NCBI GenBank assembly: GCA_002897715.1
Contig: BDUA01000011.1
Span: 1 to 59,514 of the forward strand
Origin: a bacterium BMS3Abin01
GTDB lineage: Bacteria > Actinomycetota > Thermoleophilia > BMS3ABIN01
Length of the DNA: 59,514 nucleotides
Reading direction: 5' to 3'
Below, one piece after another: positions 28,107-37,435 of this stretch (within the stretch, counting starts at the first letter, position 1; the number at the start of each line of letters is the position of its first letter). Position numbers and translations under genes: made by a program. The notes under the pieces are model-generated. The model had not been told where the DNA came from, did no database searches, and was given only the letters and a program-made list of their open reading frames with translations.

Positions 28107-28924
28107 CCCTGAGAAAACCCCAGGCGTTCCTGAAGAAGGACTTCCTGATGGAGACCAGCTACCGCTTCTCCTTCTTCCTGCAGTTCGGCGGGATCTTCTT
28201 CTCCGTGGTGATGTTCTATTTCGTATCCGAACTCATCGGCAGCGCCCCCTCGGTACAGCAGAGCCTGAGCCGCTACGGTGGCAACTACTTCTCCTTCGTG
28301 CTCATCGGCATCGCCTTCTCCAACTTCCTCTCCGTAGGCCTGGGGAGCTTTTCCAGCAGCATCAGGGGAGAGCAGATGATGGGGACGCTGGAGGCCATGC
28401 TGGTAACGCCGACGCGTCTGTCCACGATCATTATCTCCTCGTCGCAGTGGAGTTTCGCCTTTACCTCGCTGCGGGTGGGAATCTATCTATTGCTGGGAGG
28501 ATTGCTGTTCGGCGTCGACTTCGGCGATGCCAACGTGATACCGGCGCTTGCGGCGCTGCTGCTGACCGTGATCGCCTTCAGCAGTCTGGGTATTATCTCC
28601 GCCAGCTTCATCATGATCTTCAAGCGTGGTGACCCCATCGCCTGGCTCATCAGTAGCACGTCCACGCTGGTGGGAGGAGTCTTCTACCCCATCTCCATCC
28701 TGCCCGATTGGCTGCAGAAGCTGTCGTACCTGTTCCCCATAACATATTCCCTGGACGCTATCCGCCTGTCGCTGTTACAGGGTTACGGTTTTGCCAACCA
28801 GGAGGTTACCCGCGATCTGGCGGCTCTGGTAGTCTTCTCCGTCATCACTCTTCCTGTCAGCCTGGTAATCTTCCGCTACGCGGTGCGCCGCGCCAAGAAA
28901 GACGGAAGCCTGGCATATTATTAA
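28103..28924 (+). CDS. ABC-2 exporter permease
   Basis: Six TM helices; EQMMGTLEAMLVTP, GVFYPISILPDWLQ; overlaps the ATPase stop. Confidence 0.88.
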   Translation: MTLRKPQAFLKKDFLMETSYRFSFFLQFGGIFFSVVMFYFVSELIGSAPSVQQSLSRYGGNYFSFVLIGIAFSNFLSVGLGSFSSSIRGEQMMGTLEAMLVTPTRLSTIIISSSQWSFAFTSLRVGIYLLLGGLLFGVDFGDANVIPALAALLLTVIAFSSLGIISASFIMIFKRGDPIAWLISSTSTLVGGVFYPISILPDWLQKLSYLFPITYSLDAIRLSLLQGYGFANQEVTRDLAALVVFSVITLPVSLVIFRYAVRRAKKDGSLAYY

Positions 28925-29013
28925 GAAACCGTAAAGTTTTCGTAACACCCGGTTAAGTATCTGTTAAACGGACACAATGACTGTTTAACAGCCCCCCGTT
29001 CTGGAGTTACAAT
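28921..29013 (+). promoter_or_regulatory. Probable rpoN promoter preceded by ~11-bp-periodic (G/T)TAA repeats
   Basis: TTAACA(28985)-17 nt-TACAAT(29008). (G/T)TAA starts at 28921, 28931, 28942, 28953, 28964 and 28985. Confidence 0.5.
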
Positions 29014-29079
29014 AGAGAAAGCATAACCGGGAGCCGGCCCCGTGTCCCCCACACGACAGGCTCGTTACACATCAGCTAT

Positions 29080-30456
29080 ATGCCAAAAGCCCATATCAAG
29101 CAGAGCCCCATGCTTACCGTCCGGCAGAGGACTGTCCTGGCGCCCCAGCTTTATCAGGGGCTCAAGGTGCTACGCATGGGCGCCGCAGAGCTGCAGCAGC
29201 TCATCCAGAGCGAGCTGAACGAGAACCCGGTACTCGAACTCCCCGAGCCCGTCGACACTGGCTTAACAGCGGAATCCCAGCCCTACCGGGAGCTTTGGAA
29301 TGAATATGCCGGGGCTAACCGCATCCATGGCTCCAACAGACAGGGTGAGACGACGCCCCACCCCAACCCGGTAGAGCTGACTGCCAGCCCCACCACCCTG
29401 GCGGAGCATCTGGGCGTTCAACTCGAGCTTCAGGATCTTGCCGAGGCTGAGAACCGCATCGGCAGAGCGATCATCGGCAGCCTCGATGACAACGGCTACC
29501 TGCGCGATTCCATAGCGTCCCTGTCGGAGACTACCAGCGAACCTCCCGGCGAGGTAGAGAAGGTGCTGGCGGTCATCCAGGGTTTCGACCCCCCGGGCAT
29601 CGCCGCCAGGAGCCTGGAGGAATGCCTGCTCAACCAGATGGACCCGGGTGATGCCCAGGGCCTGCCGGGAAGGATCGTCAGACATTGCCTGCCGCAGCTG
29701 GGACGCGGCTCCATCGGCAGTATCGTCCGCATGTTGTCCGAGAACCGTTACCGCGTTGAATACGCGATAGCGCTGATACGCCGTCTCTGCCCTTCGCCCG
29801 GATCGCAGTTCGACACCAGCCCGCCCGCCGGTGCCGCCATCCCTGATGTCTTCATCAGGAAGTCAGGCGATAGCTGGGCTATACTGACCAATCGCGAGAT
29901 CACGCCCTCGCTGAGCATAAGCCGTGATTGTGAACGGCTGGTGGAAAAGCTGGCGGACGCCGATGCCAGGGAGTACATCCAGGCCAAAAGTGAACGGGCA
30001 CGCCAGCTTATCAAGGATGTGAACCAGCGCCGTCTCACGCTCACCCGGGTAGCGCGCGCCATCGCCAACGCCCAGGAGGAATTCTTCGAGAAGGGAAGGG
30101 ACAGCCTCAAGCCGATGAACCTGGATGACATCGCCCGTGTCCTGGACGTCAACCCTTCTACCGTCAGCCGCGCCATCCAGGGTAAATACATGAGCACCCC
30201 CTTCGGCATCTTCGAGTTCAAATTCTTCTTCTCTACCGGTTACGCTGTCGCCTCCGGACCGGACCTCTCGGCCACGGCGCTGAAGGAGCGGCTGAAGAAG
30301 ATGATCGCCGCCGAGGACGGCAGGCGCCCCCTGTCCGACCAGAAGCTGGCCGACGCGTTAAAAAGGGAGAGTATCAGTATCTCGCGGCGGACAGTGACCA
30401 AGTATCGTGAGGAGCTGGGCCTGCCGGCCTCCTGGCAGAGGAAGAGTTCCGCATGA
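29080..30456 (+). CDS. rpoN: RNA polymerase sigma-54 factor
   Basis: Region I LAPQLYQGLKVL...ELNENPVLE, LDDNGYL, HTH STVSRA, RpoN box SRRTVTKYREEL. Confidence 0.96.
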   Translation: MPKAHIKQSPMLTVRQRTVLAPQLYQGLKVLRMGAAELQQLIQSELNENPVLELPEPVDTGLTAESQPYRELWNEYAGANRIHGSNRQGETTPHPNPVELTASPTTLAEHLGVQLELQDLAEAENRIGRAIIGSLDDNGYLRDSIASLSETTSEPPGEVEKVLAVIQGFDPPGIAARSLEECLLNQMDPGDAQGLPGRIVRHCLPQLGRGSIGSIVRMLSENRYRVEYAIALIRRLCPSPGSQFDTSPPAGAAIPDVFIRKSGDSWAILTNREITPSLSISRDCERLVEKLADADAREYIQAKSERARQLIKDVNQRRLTLTRVARAIANAQEEFFEKGRDSLKPMNLDDIARVLDVNPSTVSRAIQGKYMSTPFGIFEFKFFFSTGYAVASGPDLSATALKERLKKMIAAEDGRRPLSDQKLADALKRESISISRRTVTKYREELGLPASWQRKSSA

Positions 30457-31988
30457 GCGATTCCACGCGGGAGAATACTGATAACCGCTTCCGGCAACCG
30501 CTGGCGGCGGTGACCCGTGGCCAGATCCGCGACATTATACTGATAGTCACCGTCACCGCCCTGATCACCTACTTCCATAACTGGCCGCCGCATATTGGTA
30601 TCATCCCTTCGGAGTCGCTGCATATCCTGCTGCGACGCCTGTATTACATACCGATAATCTACGCCGCCTTCCGTTTCGGCATCAAGGGCGGTCTGCTGAC
30701 TTCACTCACCATCACCGCCCTGTTCGCACCGCACGCGGCCAGGTCCATGGGCGGGCTGTTCAAGGGGGCGGCCGTCGATAACTTCTTCGACCTGCTCATC
30801 TACAACGTGGTAGCCATCACCACGGGCATGGTGGTCGACGACAAGCGCCGTCAGGCGCAGCGATACCAGGAAACGCTTAAACTGAACCGGGAGATAGAGG
30901 AGCGGGAAACGGCCCTGCGGCAGATAAAGGCTTATACTGACAGCATCCTGAGCAGTATCAGCAGCGGCGTCATCTCTCTGGACCGCCGGGGTAATATCGT
31001 CACCGCCAACCCGGAGGCGATGCGGATACTGGGACGGAAGGAGAGCGAGCTGGTGGGCTTCCCGCTGGAAAAAATATTCAGAAACCAGGAACGGCTGGTA
31101 CTGGCGGCGCGGCGCATTCTCAACGGAGAACAACAGCGCGCCACCATGGAGGCCGAGCTGGCCGGTGAAGGACAGGTGCTTACGGTCGCCATCCGTATCA
31201 CGCCACATCTGAGCCGGGGTGAAACCGTAGGTATTGTGATCACCATCGAGGATCTTACCGAGGTCAAGAACCTGACGGAACAACTTATGCGGGCGGATAA
31301 ACTTTCAGGTCTGGGTGAACTGGTGGCCGGCGTCGCCCACGAGGTACGCAACCCCCTGGGCGTCATCAGGGCCAGCGTCCAGATGATGGAAAAGGAGATG
31401 GAGACCGGTTGCAAGTCCTCGGAGCTGACCCACGTCATGTTACAGGAGATCGACCGGCTGGACGCGGTAGTGAAGGCTCTGCTGGATTTCGGCCGGCCCT
31501 CGAAGTCCCAGTTCGAACGGATCGACGTGCAGCAGTCGCTGGAAGAGGTAATCCTGCTTACCCGCCAGTTCGCCCTCCAGCAGCAAGTGGGGGTGAGTCG
31601 TAATTTCGCCGAGGACCTGCCGGCACTGTGGGCTGATGACGATCAATTGAAGCAGGTCTTCGTCAATCTGATATCCAATGCCATACAGGCCATGCCCGAC
31701 GGGGGGAGACTGAGCATCTCCGTGTACACGGAAGGTGGCTTCATCAAGATCTCCTTCGCCGACAGCGGCACCGGCATTTCCACGGAAACAAGGGAACGTA
31801 TCTTCGATCCATTCTTCACCACGCGTGCCGGTGGCAGCGGTCTGGGACTTTCCATCGTCCATCGTATCGTCGATGCCCATAACGGTTATATGCAGGTCGG
31901 GAGCAGGGTCGGTACCGGTAGTACCTTTACCGTCAGCCTGCCGCTGATAAAGAGAGGAGAACGACCCGAGGTGGAGATCAATGCCTGA
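30453..31988 (+). CDS. Membrane PAS-domain sensor histidine kinase
   Basis: TM region (HILLRRLYYIPII), PAS domain, H-box AHEVRNPL, N/G1/F/G2 boxes. Confidence 0.93.
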   Translation: MSDSTRENTDNRFRQPLAAVTRGQIRDIILIVTVTALITYFHNWPPHIGIIPSESLHILLRRLYYIPIIYAAFRFGIKGGLLTSLTITALFAPHAARSMGGLFKGAAVDNFFDLLIYNVVAITTGMVVDDKRRQAQRYQETLKLNREIEERETALRQIKAYTDSILSSISSGVISLDRRGNIVTANPEAMRILGRKESELVGFPLEKIFRNQERLVLAARRILNGEQQRATMEAELAGEGQVLTVAIRITPHLSRGETVGIVITIEDLTEVKNLTEQLMRADKLSGLGELVAGVAHEVRNPLGVIRASVQMMEKEMETGCKSSELTHVMLQEIDRLDAVVKALLDFGRPSKSQFERIDVQQSLEEVILLTRQFALQQQVGVSRNFAEDLPALWADDDQLKQVFVNLISNAIQAMPDGGRLSISVYTEGGFIKISFADSGTGISTETRERIFDPFFTTRAGGSGLGLSIVHRIVDAHNGYMQVGSRVGTGSTFTVSLPLIKRGERPEVEINA

Positions 31989-33324
31989 TACTATTCTTCT
32001 GGTAGATGATGAGGAAAACATGCGTTTCGTGGTGGCGCGGGCCCTTTCAAGCGACGGGTACGGTATCCGCGAAGCATCGTCCGGAAAGGAAGCTCTCATC
32101 CAGGTTGAAGCGGAATCGCCGGACCTGGTGATCCTCGACCAGCGCATGCAGGGAATGGATGGTATCCAGACCCTGACGGAGATCAAGCAGGATAACCCGG
32201 ATCTGCCGGTGATCATGCTCACCGCCCACGGTAACGTGGAGAACGCGGTTCAGGCGATGAAGGCCGGGGCCGTTGAATACCTCACCAAGCCCTTTGATAT
32301 CGAGGAGCTCAAGCTTGTCGTACGGAAGGCACTGCGGGTCAGCCGTCTGGTACGGCAGGTGGATTACCTGCGTAGCGAGCTGGACCGCGACTACGATACC
32401 GGCGGCATCATCGGCAACAGTCCCCAGATGCACGACGTCCTGGACACCGTCTCCCGCGTCGCTCCCTCGGACGCCACAGTAATCATCTACGGCGAGAGCG
32501 GGACGGGCAAGGAACTGATCGCAAAGGCCATCCACGAGAACAGTTCACGCCGGGACCGGGCCTTCATCCAGTTGAGTTGCGCCGCCCTGCCGGAGACGCT
32601 GCTGGAGAGCGAACTGTTCGGCTACGAGAAGGGAGCGTTTACCGGAGCCACGGGAGCCAAACCGGGGCGGTTCGAGTTGGCCGACGGCGGCAGCCTGTTC
32701 CTCGATGAGATCGGTGACATCACTCTGGCGGTCCAGGTGAAACTGTTGCGTGTGCTGGAGCAAAAAACATTCGAGCGGCTGGGCGGCTCCAAGACCGTCG
32801 ATGTCGACGTGAGGCTGATCGGCGCCACCAACCGTGACCTGCCGACGATGGTACGCGATGGAGAATTCCGCGAAGACCTGTTTTACCGCCTGAATGTCAT
32901 CCCCATCAACATGCCACCGCTACGGAACCGAAAAGACGACATCCGGCTGCTGGTGAACCACTTCATGAAACGCTACGCGCCGGACAAGGAGCTTTCGGAC
33001 AAAGCGCTGCGCCTGCTGGCCGAATACTCCTGGCCGGGAAACGTACGCGAGTTGCAGAATACTATCGAACGGGCGTCGATACTCTGCCGCAACCGGGAGA
33101 TCCGGGTCGATGACCTGCCGGAAGAGATAAGCCACAGCCGTCCTCTTTCCTGTGGCTCCTTCAAGCTGCCCCCGGACGGCATCGCCCTCGAACAGGTGGA
33201 GCAGGAGCTGATATCACAGGCGCTGGAGCGTACCGGAGGGAACAAGACACGCGCAGCGGAACTACTGGGCATAAGCAGACATACGCTGCTTTACCGTCTC
33301 GACAAGTTCGGAATCGGCAATTGA
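31981..33324 (+). CDS. Sigma-54-dependent response regulator (NtrC/AtoC family bEBP)
   Basis: Receiver domain, GESGTGKE, intact GAFTGA, FLDEIG, WPGNVREL, Fis-type HTH. Confidence 0.96.
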   Translation: MPDTILLVDDEENMRFVVARALSSDGYGIREASSGKEALIQVEAESPDLVILDQRMQGMDGIQTLTEIKQDNPDLPVIMLTAHGNVENAVQAMKAGAVEYLTKPFDIEELKLVVRKALRVSRLVRQVDYLRSELDRDYDTGGIIGNSPQMHDVLDTVSRVAPSDATVIIYGESGTGKELIAKAIHENSSRRDRAFIQLSCAALPETLLESELFGYEKGAFTGATGAKPGRFELADGGSLFLDEIGDITLAVQVKLLRVLEQKTFERLGGSKTVDVDVRLIGATNRDLPTMVRDGEFREDLFYRLNVIPINMPPLRNRKDDIRLLVNHFMKRYAPDKELSDKALRLLAEYSWPGNVRELQNTIERASILCRNREIRVDDLPEEISHSRPLSCGSFKLPPDGIALEQVEQELISQALERTGGNKTRAAELLGISRHTLLYRLDKFGIGN

Positions 33325-33424
33325 ACTTCTTGCATCAACTGAATGACAGTTGTATCCTGACAAATAGTCTTATATATATCATGTATCGTTTATCTCCCTC
33401 CGCAAAGCGGTCGAAAGAGAACTT

Positions 33425-34627
33425 ATGAAACGGCTCGGACTCCTTTACCTGGCAGCACAGAACCTCAGACGCAAACCCTTCAGAAGCTTTGTGACCATTG
33501 CCATCGTGGCGATCGCCGCCGGCACCCTGTTCTCGGCCACACTGCTGATCAGTAGTGTCAACCGCAGCCTCGAGGTCGGCATGGAACGGCTGGGCGCCGA
33601 TATCCTGGTGGTGCCGGAGGGTTCACAGGAATCCGGCGAGGCGGCCCTGATTACCGGAGTCCCCACCAGCTTTTACATGGAACGGTCGGTGGCCGATCAG
33701 GTTGCCGCAGTACAGGGGGTGGACCAGGTCTCTCCCCAGCTGTTCATCGAATCCCTTATCTCCTCCGCCTGTTGCACGGGCCACGTGCAACTGGTGGGTT
33801 ATGACCCGGATACGGACTTCGTTATAACGCCCTGGCTCGAGCAGAACGTCGACAAGCCTCTGGATCGTGATGATGTGGTCATCGGCTCGCTGATACTCGC
33901 CAATAAGGGTGAGACGGTGAAGTTCTACGGGCATGACTTCAATGTAGTAGGCATACTGGACGCCACCGGCATGGGCGCCGACGAGAGCGTGTTCATGACC
34001 CTGGATGCCGCCTACGCCATGGCGGACGAGTCGGCCCAAGACGCGGCCACGGCCCTTGAGCTGCAGCCCGGCCAGATCTCGTCGGTGCTGGTAAGGGTAG
34101 CGCCGGGGACCACCATCGAGCAGGTGGCGCAACGCATCAAGACCAGCGTACCGGGCACCCTGGCCATTACCGCCAACGAACTGAGCCGTTCAGTTACCGA
34201 CCGGCTCTCGGGTTTCCTCAAAGGCTTTATCGTGCTCGATATCATCGTCTGGATTATGGCCCTGCTTACCATCGCCGCCATCTTTTCCATGATCGTCAAT
34301 GAACGCCAGCGGGAGATCGGCCTGTTGAGAGCCATGGGCGGCAAACGTGGGTATATCTTCCGCCTGATGACTACCGAAGCGATACTGCTTACCGCCGCCG
34401 GCGGCCTGACAGGCGTCCTCCTCGGCGGCGCGGGAATGTTCATCTTCCGCGCAGTGATCACCGCCAGCCTGGGTATCCCCTACCTCTGGCCACCACTGTG
34501 GTTCTTCGCGTTACTGGTACTGGGCACACTGTTTCTCTCAGTGGTAAGCGGCGTGGTGGCGTCCCTTTATCCGGCGATAAGCTCCAGTCGCCTCGAACCC
34601 TATGCCGCCATACGAAAGGGAGAGTGA
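33425..34627 (+). CDS. FtsX/MacB-type ABC transporter permease
   Basis: NLRRKPFRS, large extracellular domain containing SACCTGH, ERQREIGLLRAMG. Confidence 0.9.
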   Translation: MKRLGLLYLAAQNLRRKPFRSFVTIAIVAIAAGTLFSATLLISSVNRSLEVGMERLGADILVVPEGSQESGEAALITGVPTSFYMERSVADQVAAVQGVDQVSPQLFIESLISSACCTGHVQLVGYDPDTDFVITPWLEQNVDKPLDRDDVVIGSLILANKGETVKFYGHDFNVVGILDATGMGADESVFMTLDAAYAMADESAQDAATALELQPGQISSVLVRVAPGTTIEQVAQRIKTSVPGTLAITANELSRSVTDRLSGFLKGFIVLDIIVWIMALLTIAAIFSMIVNERQREIGLLRAMGGKRGYIFRLMTTEAILLTAAGGLTGVLLGGAGMFIFRAVITASLGIPYLWPPLWFFALLVLGTLFLSVVSGVVASLYPAISSSRLEPYAAIRKGE

Positions 34628-34637
34628 CGGCAATACC

Positions 34638-35324
34638 ATGTCAGACAAAATAATTTCGCTAAAGGGTGTGAGCAAGACCTATAAGGTAGGCCCCAGCACG
34701 GTACGAGCCGTTGACAACGCCGTCCTGGAGATCGAGCGGGGGCGCATGGTGGCCATAGTCGGTCATTCCGGCAGCGGCAAAACTACGCTGCTCAGCCTGA
34801 TCGGCGGTCTTACCAAACCAACATCGGGAAACGTACTGTTGAACGGCACCGACATCTGGGCCATCTCGGATAACGAGCTGTCGGTACTGAGGAACAAGAT
34901 GATCGGCTTCTCCTTCCAGTTCGCCAGCCTCATCCCCACACTCAACGTCTACGATAACGTGAGATTGCCCTCCACCTTCGACGGAGCGCCTCCGGTCAGG
35001 GAGGACCGGGCCCAGGATCTGCTGGAAATGGTGGGGTTGGGGGATCGGGGCAATTCTTTTCCGGCCCACCTCTCAGGCGGTGAACAGCGGCGGGTGGCGC
35101 TGGCCCGTACCCTGATGAACGAGCCGCAACTCATCCTCGCCGACGAGCCCACCGGTGACCTGGACGAGGATACAGAGGGCGAGATCCTGGATATCCTCAG
35201 GAAGATCAACGCCGGAGGTGCTACTATAATACTCGTAACCCACTCGCGAGCGGTCGCTTCACAGGCGGAATATGAGCTGCGGATGGACAAGGGTCACCTC
35301 TCTGAGAAACCTGCTGAATTCTGA
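34638..35324 (+). CDS. LolD/MacB-type ABC ATP-binding protein
   Basis: GHSGSGKTT, LSGGEQRR, ADEPTGDLD. Start at ATG 34638. Confidence 0.92.
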   Translation: MSDKIISLKGVSKTYKVGPSTVRAVDNAVLEIERGRMVAIVGHSGSGKTTLLSLIGGLTKPTSGNVLLNGTDIWAISDNELSVLRNKMIGFSFQFASLIPTLNVYDNVRLPSTFDGAPPVREDRAQDLLEMVGLGDRGNSFPAHLSGGEQRRVALARTLMNEPQLILADEPTGDLDEDTEGEILDILRKINAGGATIILVTHSRAVASQAEYELRMDKGHLSEKPAEF

Positions 35325-35335
35325 AAGGGGTAGGA

Positions 35336-35653
35336 ATGAGACGCAACCTCACCTTCATCATTCTGACTTTGATGCTGTCAGCCTGGCTGCTGACCGCCGT
35401 CGGCTGCGGCGACGAACAGGGCTCCATCAACAAGGAAGTCCACGGACAGATCACCAACGGCATGACTATGGACGAAGTGGACGCGGTCGCCGGTCAGCCG
35501 GAGCGTTCTCACAGCATCGGCTCCGCTCAGAACCCCCAGATATTCTGGTATTACAACAAATCCGAAGGCGAAGGTTTCGTCCGGGTTGTATTCGAGGATG
35601 GCAAGGTGACCACCGTCTCCCCTTACGACGAGAGCATCACCCCCGAATCCTGA
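35336..35653 (+). CDS. Small lipoprotein, SmpA/OmlA(BamE)-like fold
   Basis: Lipobox AVGC; ITNGMTMDEVDAVAGQP...WYY...VVFEDGKV. Confidence 0.75.
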   Translation: MRRNLTFIILTLMLSAWLLTAVGCGDEQGSINKEVHGQITNGMTMDEVDAVAGQPERSHSIGSAQNPQIFWYYNKSEGEGFVRVVFEDGKVTTVSPYDESITPES

Positions 35654-35746
35654 CCTAAATAAAACCACCCGGCGCTGATCCCTCCCGGATACCGAGGTGC
35701 GGACAATATTATCAACGCTAATTATGACGTCCCGGCTTGGTCAGAG

Positions 35747-35783
35747 TGTAGCATATGGTACATCAAGAGTAGGATACGGCTCA
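35747..35783. promoter_or_regulatory. Tandem upstream activator sequences for a bEBP
   Basis: TGTAGCATATGGTACA (TGT-N10-ACA) at 35747 and related AGTAGGATACGGCTCA at 35768, 21 bp apart, about 165-200 bp before the predicted sigma-54 start. Confidence 0.6.
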
Positions 35784-35919
35784 ATGACAGCGACCCACCA
35801 TTGCCCTCAGTGGTATATATTACTCAGCTTAAACCGTCATTTCCCCTGATTGCAGGCTTCATTCAGGACAAAGGGCCTACAACCCGTATCATTCAACCTT
35901 TTTTAGCTTTTTCCCGAAC

Positions 35920-35936
35920 TTGGCAAGTTCTTTGCT
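35920..35936 (+). promoter_or_regulatory. Sigma-54 (-24/-12) promoter
   Basis: TTGGCAAGTTCTTTGCT: GG at 35922-23, exactly 10 nt, GC at 35934-35. Matches YTGGCACG-N4-TTGCW at all but one position; predicted +1 near 35947. Confidence 0.85.
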
Positions 35937-36016
35937 GTATATATATATGAAAAGCCTTGATCCCATACTAAAACCCTCTTTCTAACGGTTTGGGAAAGCT
36001 GGCTTTCCACTTTTCC

Positions 36017-36046
36017 GGGGCCTGCCTGTGACGGCAGGCGGGCCCC
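36017..36046 (+). other. Strong hairpin in the 5' leader of the PqqD-like gene
   Basis: GGGGCCTGCCTG-TGACGG-CAGGCGGGCCCC: 12-bp stem with one G-U pair, no U tract. Confidence 0.6.
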
Positions 36047-36095
36047 CGAAACAACCGCGGGGGCAACGGAACAGCCGCAAAGGAGAGAGTGCGTA

Positions 36096-36359
36096 ATGGA
36101 ATTAAGCGAGGAAACTGCTACCGATTTGTCCGGCAGCGGGCAGATGACCAGTGAAGTACACGACCTCATCATGCATAGCGCCATTGCGGAAAAGGTTTGG
36201 GAGTTGCTGGACCACACGCTTACACTGCCCGATATCGCCGCTGTGATCTCGTCCGAGTTCGGGCTTCCACGTGAACGCGCCCTGTCCGACACCCGGGAAC
36301 TCGTTGATATCTTCAGCAGGGCGGACTTCGTAACCGTCTTGCGCGCACCGCAACACTAG
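36096..36359 (+). CDS. PqqD-like / RiPP recognition element (RRE) protein
   Basis: 87 aa; IAEKVWELLD...TLPDIAAVISSEFGLPRERALSDTRELVDIF three-helix pattern typical of PqqD. AAGGAG RBS. Confidence 0.75.
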   Translation: MELSEETATDLSGSGQMTSEVHDLIMHSAIAEKVWELLDHTLTLPDIAAVISSEFGLPRERALSDTRELVDIFSRADFVTVLRAPQH

Positions 36360-36391
36360 AACCACAATTTTTTTCCCACAGCGGTTAATCA

Positions 36392-37435
36392 CTACCGCTT
36401 GCCGGCCGCGGCGCTGGCTACCCATCGCCTGACTGTTTCCATATCGGATCCCAGCCGGCCTGCTATCTCATTGCAATCCATACCCTTTTCGCTGAGCTCC
36501 CTGGCGCGTGCCTGCCGGTCTCGGTATGCCTTGCTGCGACAGGCGTTGGAACAGAAATAGCGGTTCGTGCGAGCCGTGTAATGATCGATTTCAAACCAGG
36601 TATCACACTGCCGGCAGCGGCGGTAATCCTTCTCCTGTGTTATGGACTGGGAGAGTTGAAGCCAGAGGGCACCAATCAGGTTGTTGGGTACGAAATAGAG
36701 GCTCCAGCCGTTCAGGTGCCGGTCATCCCACAGTATCCTGGGAGAGATGCGCCTCTCCAGGCACCGGTTGGCGATGGCCTGCACCGCCAGCAAGGCGGTC
36801 CCGGCCAGGTTGCCCGCCCGGTACATATTCAGGCTCTCCGGATGGCTGCGATACCATCTTAGCTCACCCGGATCCACTTTTGGCAGCAGCCGCGAGGCGA
36901 CGCCATTGGCGGAGATCTCTCCCGCAGCCATGTCTGCTTCCACCCACCGCATCAGCGGTGAAAGAAATGCGTCCAGTCCCCTGCCGTCCTCATCCTGGAC
37001 CATATCCCATATCCGTAAGGCTTTACGCATGGCGCGTATCTCATTCCGCCATGACTCCAGGGGCTCCATCCGCAGGTAAACAGGAGAACTGCCCGCGTGT
37101 GCCGTCTCACGCCCGAACCCCATCAGCCCGTACTCATCGGCAAAACCGATGATGTCTTCAGGCTCCATGCCGGTCTCAGCGAATGCCCGAAACAGACATT
37201 TTTGCTCAAGAAGCGGGTTATACTGCTTCATGTCATAGGAGCCGGGGCCCTCGGAGAGCTTGGCGGCGATCAGTCTCCCCGGCGCAGACCCCTCACCGCG
37301 GTTTCCGCTGTTCCCATTGTCGTCGATGCCCCCTGATGAATCTCCGGCCAACGCCGCATCAACCAGCGTGTAGCCGGCCTTATTCACAAACCAAATAAAG
37401 TCAAATATCTCTCCTGGCACAAAAAACCCCTCCAT
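36392..37435 (-). CDS. CGNR-type zinc-finger protein with a C-terminal HTH-like tail
   Basis: CRQCDTWF...RYFCSNACRSKAYRDR, then GMDCNEIAGRLGSDMETVRRW. Start uncertain (37435 or 37501). Confidence 0.7.
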   Translation of the reverse strand: MEGFFVPGEIFDFIWFVNKAGYTLVDAALAGDSSGGIDDNGNSGNRGEGSAPGRLIAAKLSEGPGSYDMKQYNPLLEQKCLFRAFAETGMEPEDIIGFADEYGLMGFGRETAHAGSSPVYLRMEPLESWRNEIRAMRKALRIWDMVQDEDGRGLDAFLSPLMRWVEADMAAGEISANGVASRLLPKVDPGELRWYRSHPESLNMYRAGNLAGTALLAVQAIANRCLERRISPRILWDDRHLNGWSLYFVPNNLIGALWLQLSQSITQEKDYRRCRQCDTWFEIDHYTARTNRYFCSNACRSKAYRDRQARARELSEKGMDCNEIAGRLGSDMETVRRWVASAAAGKR

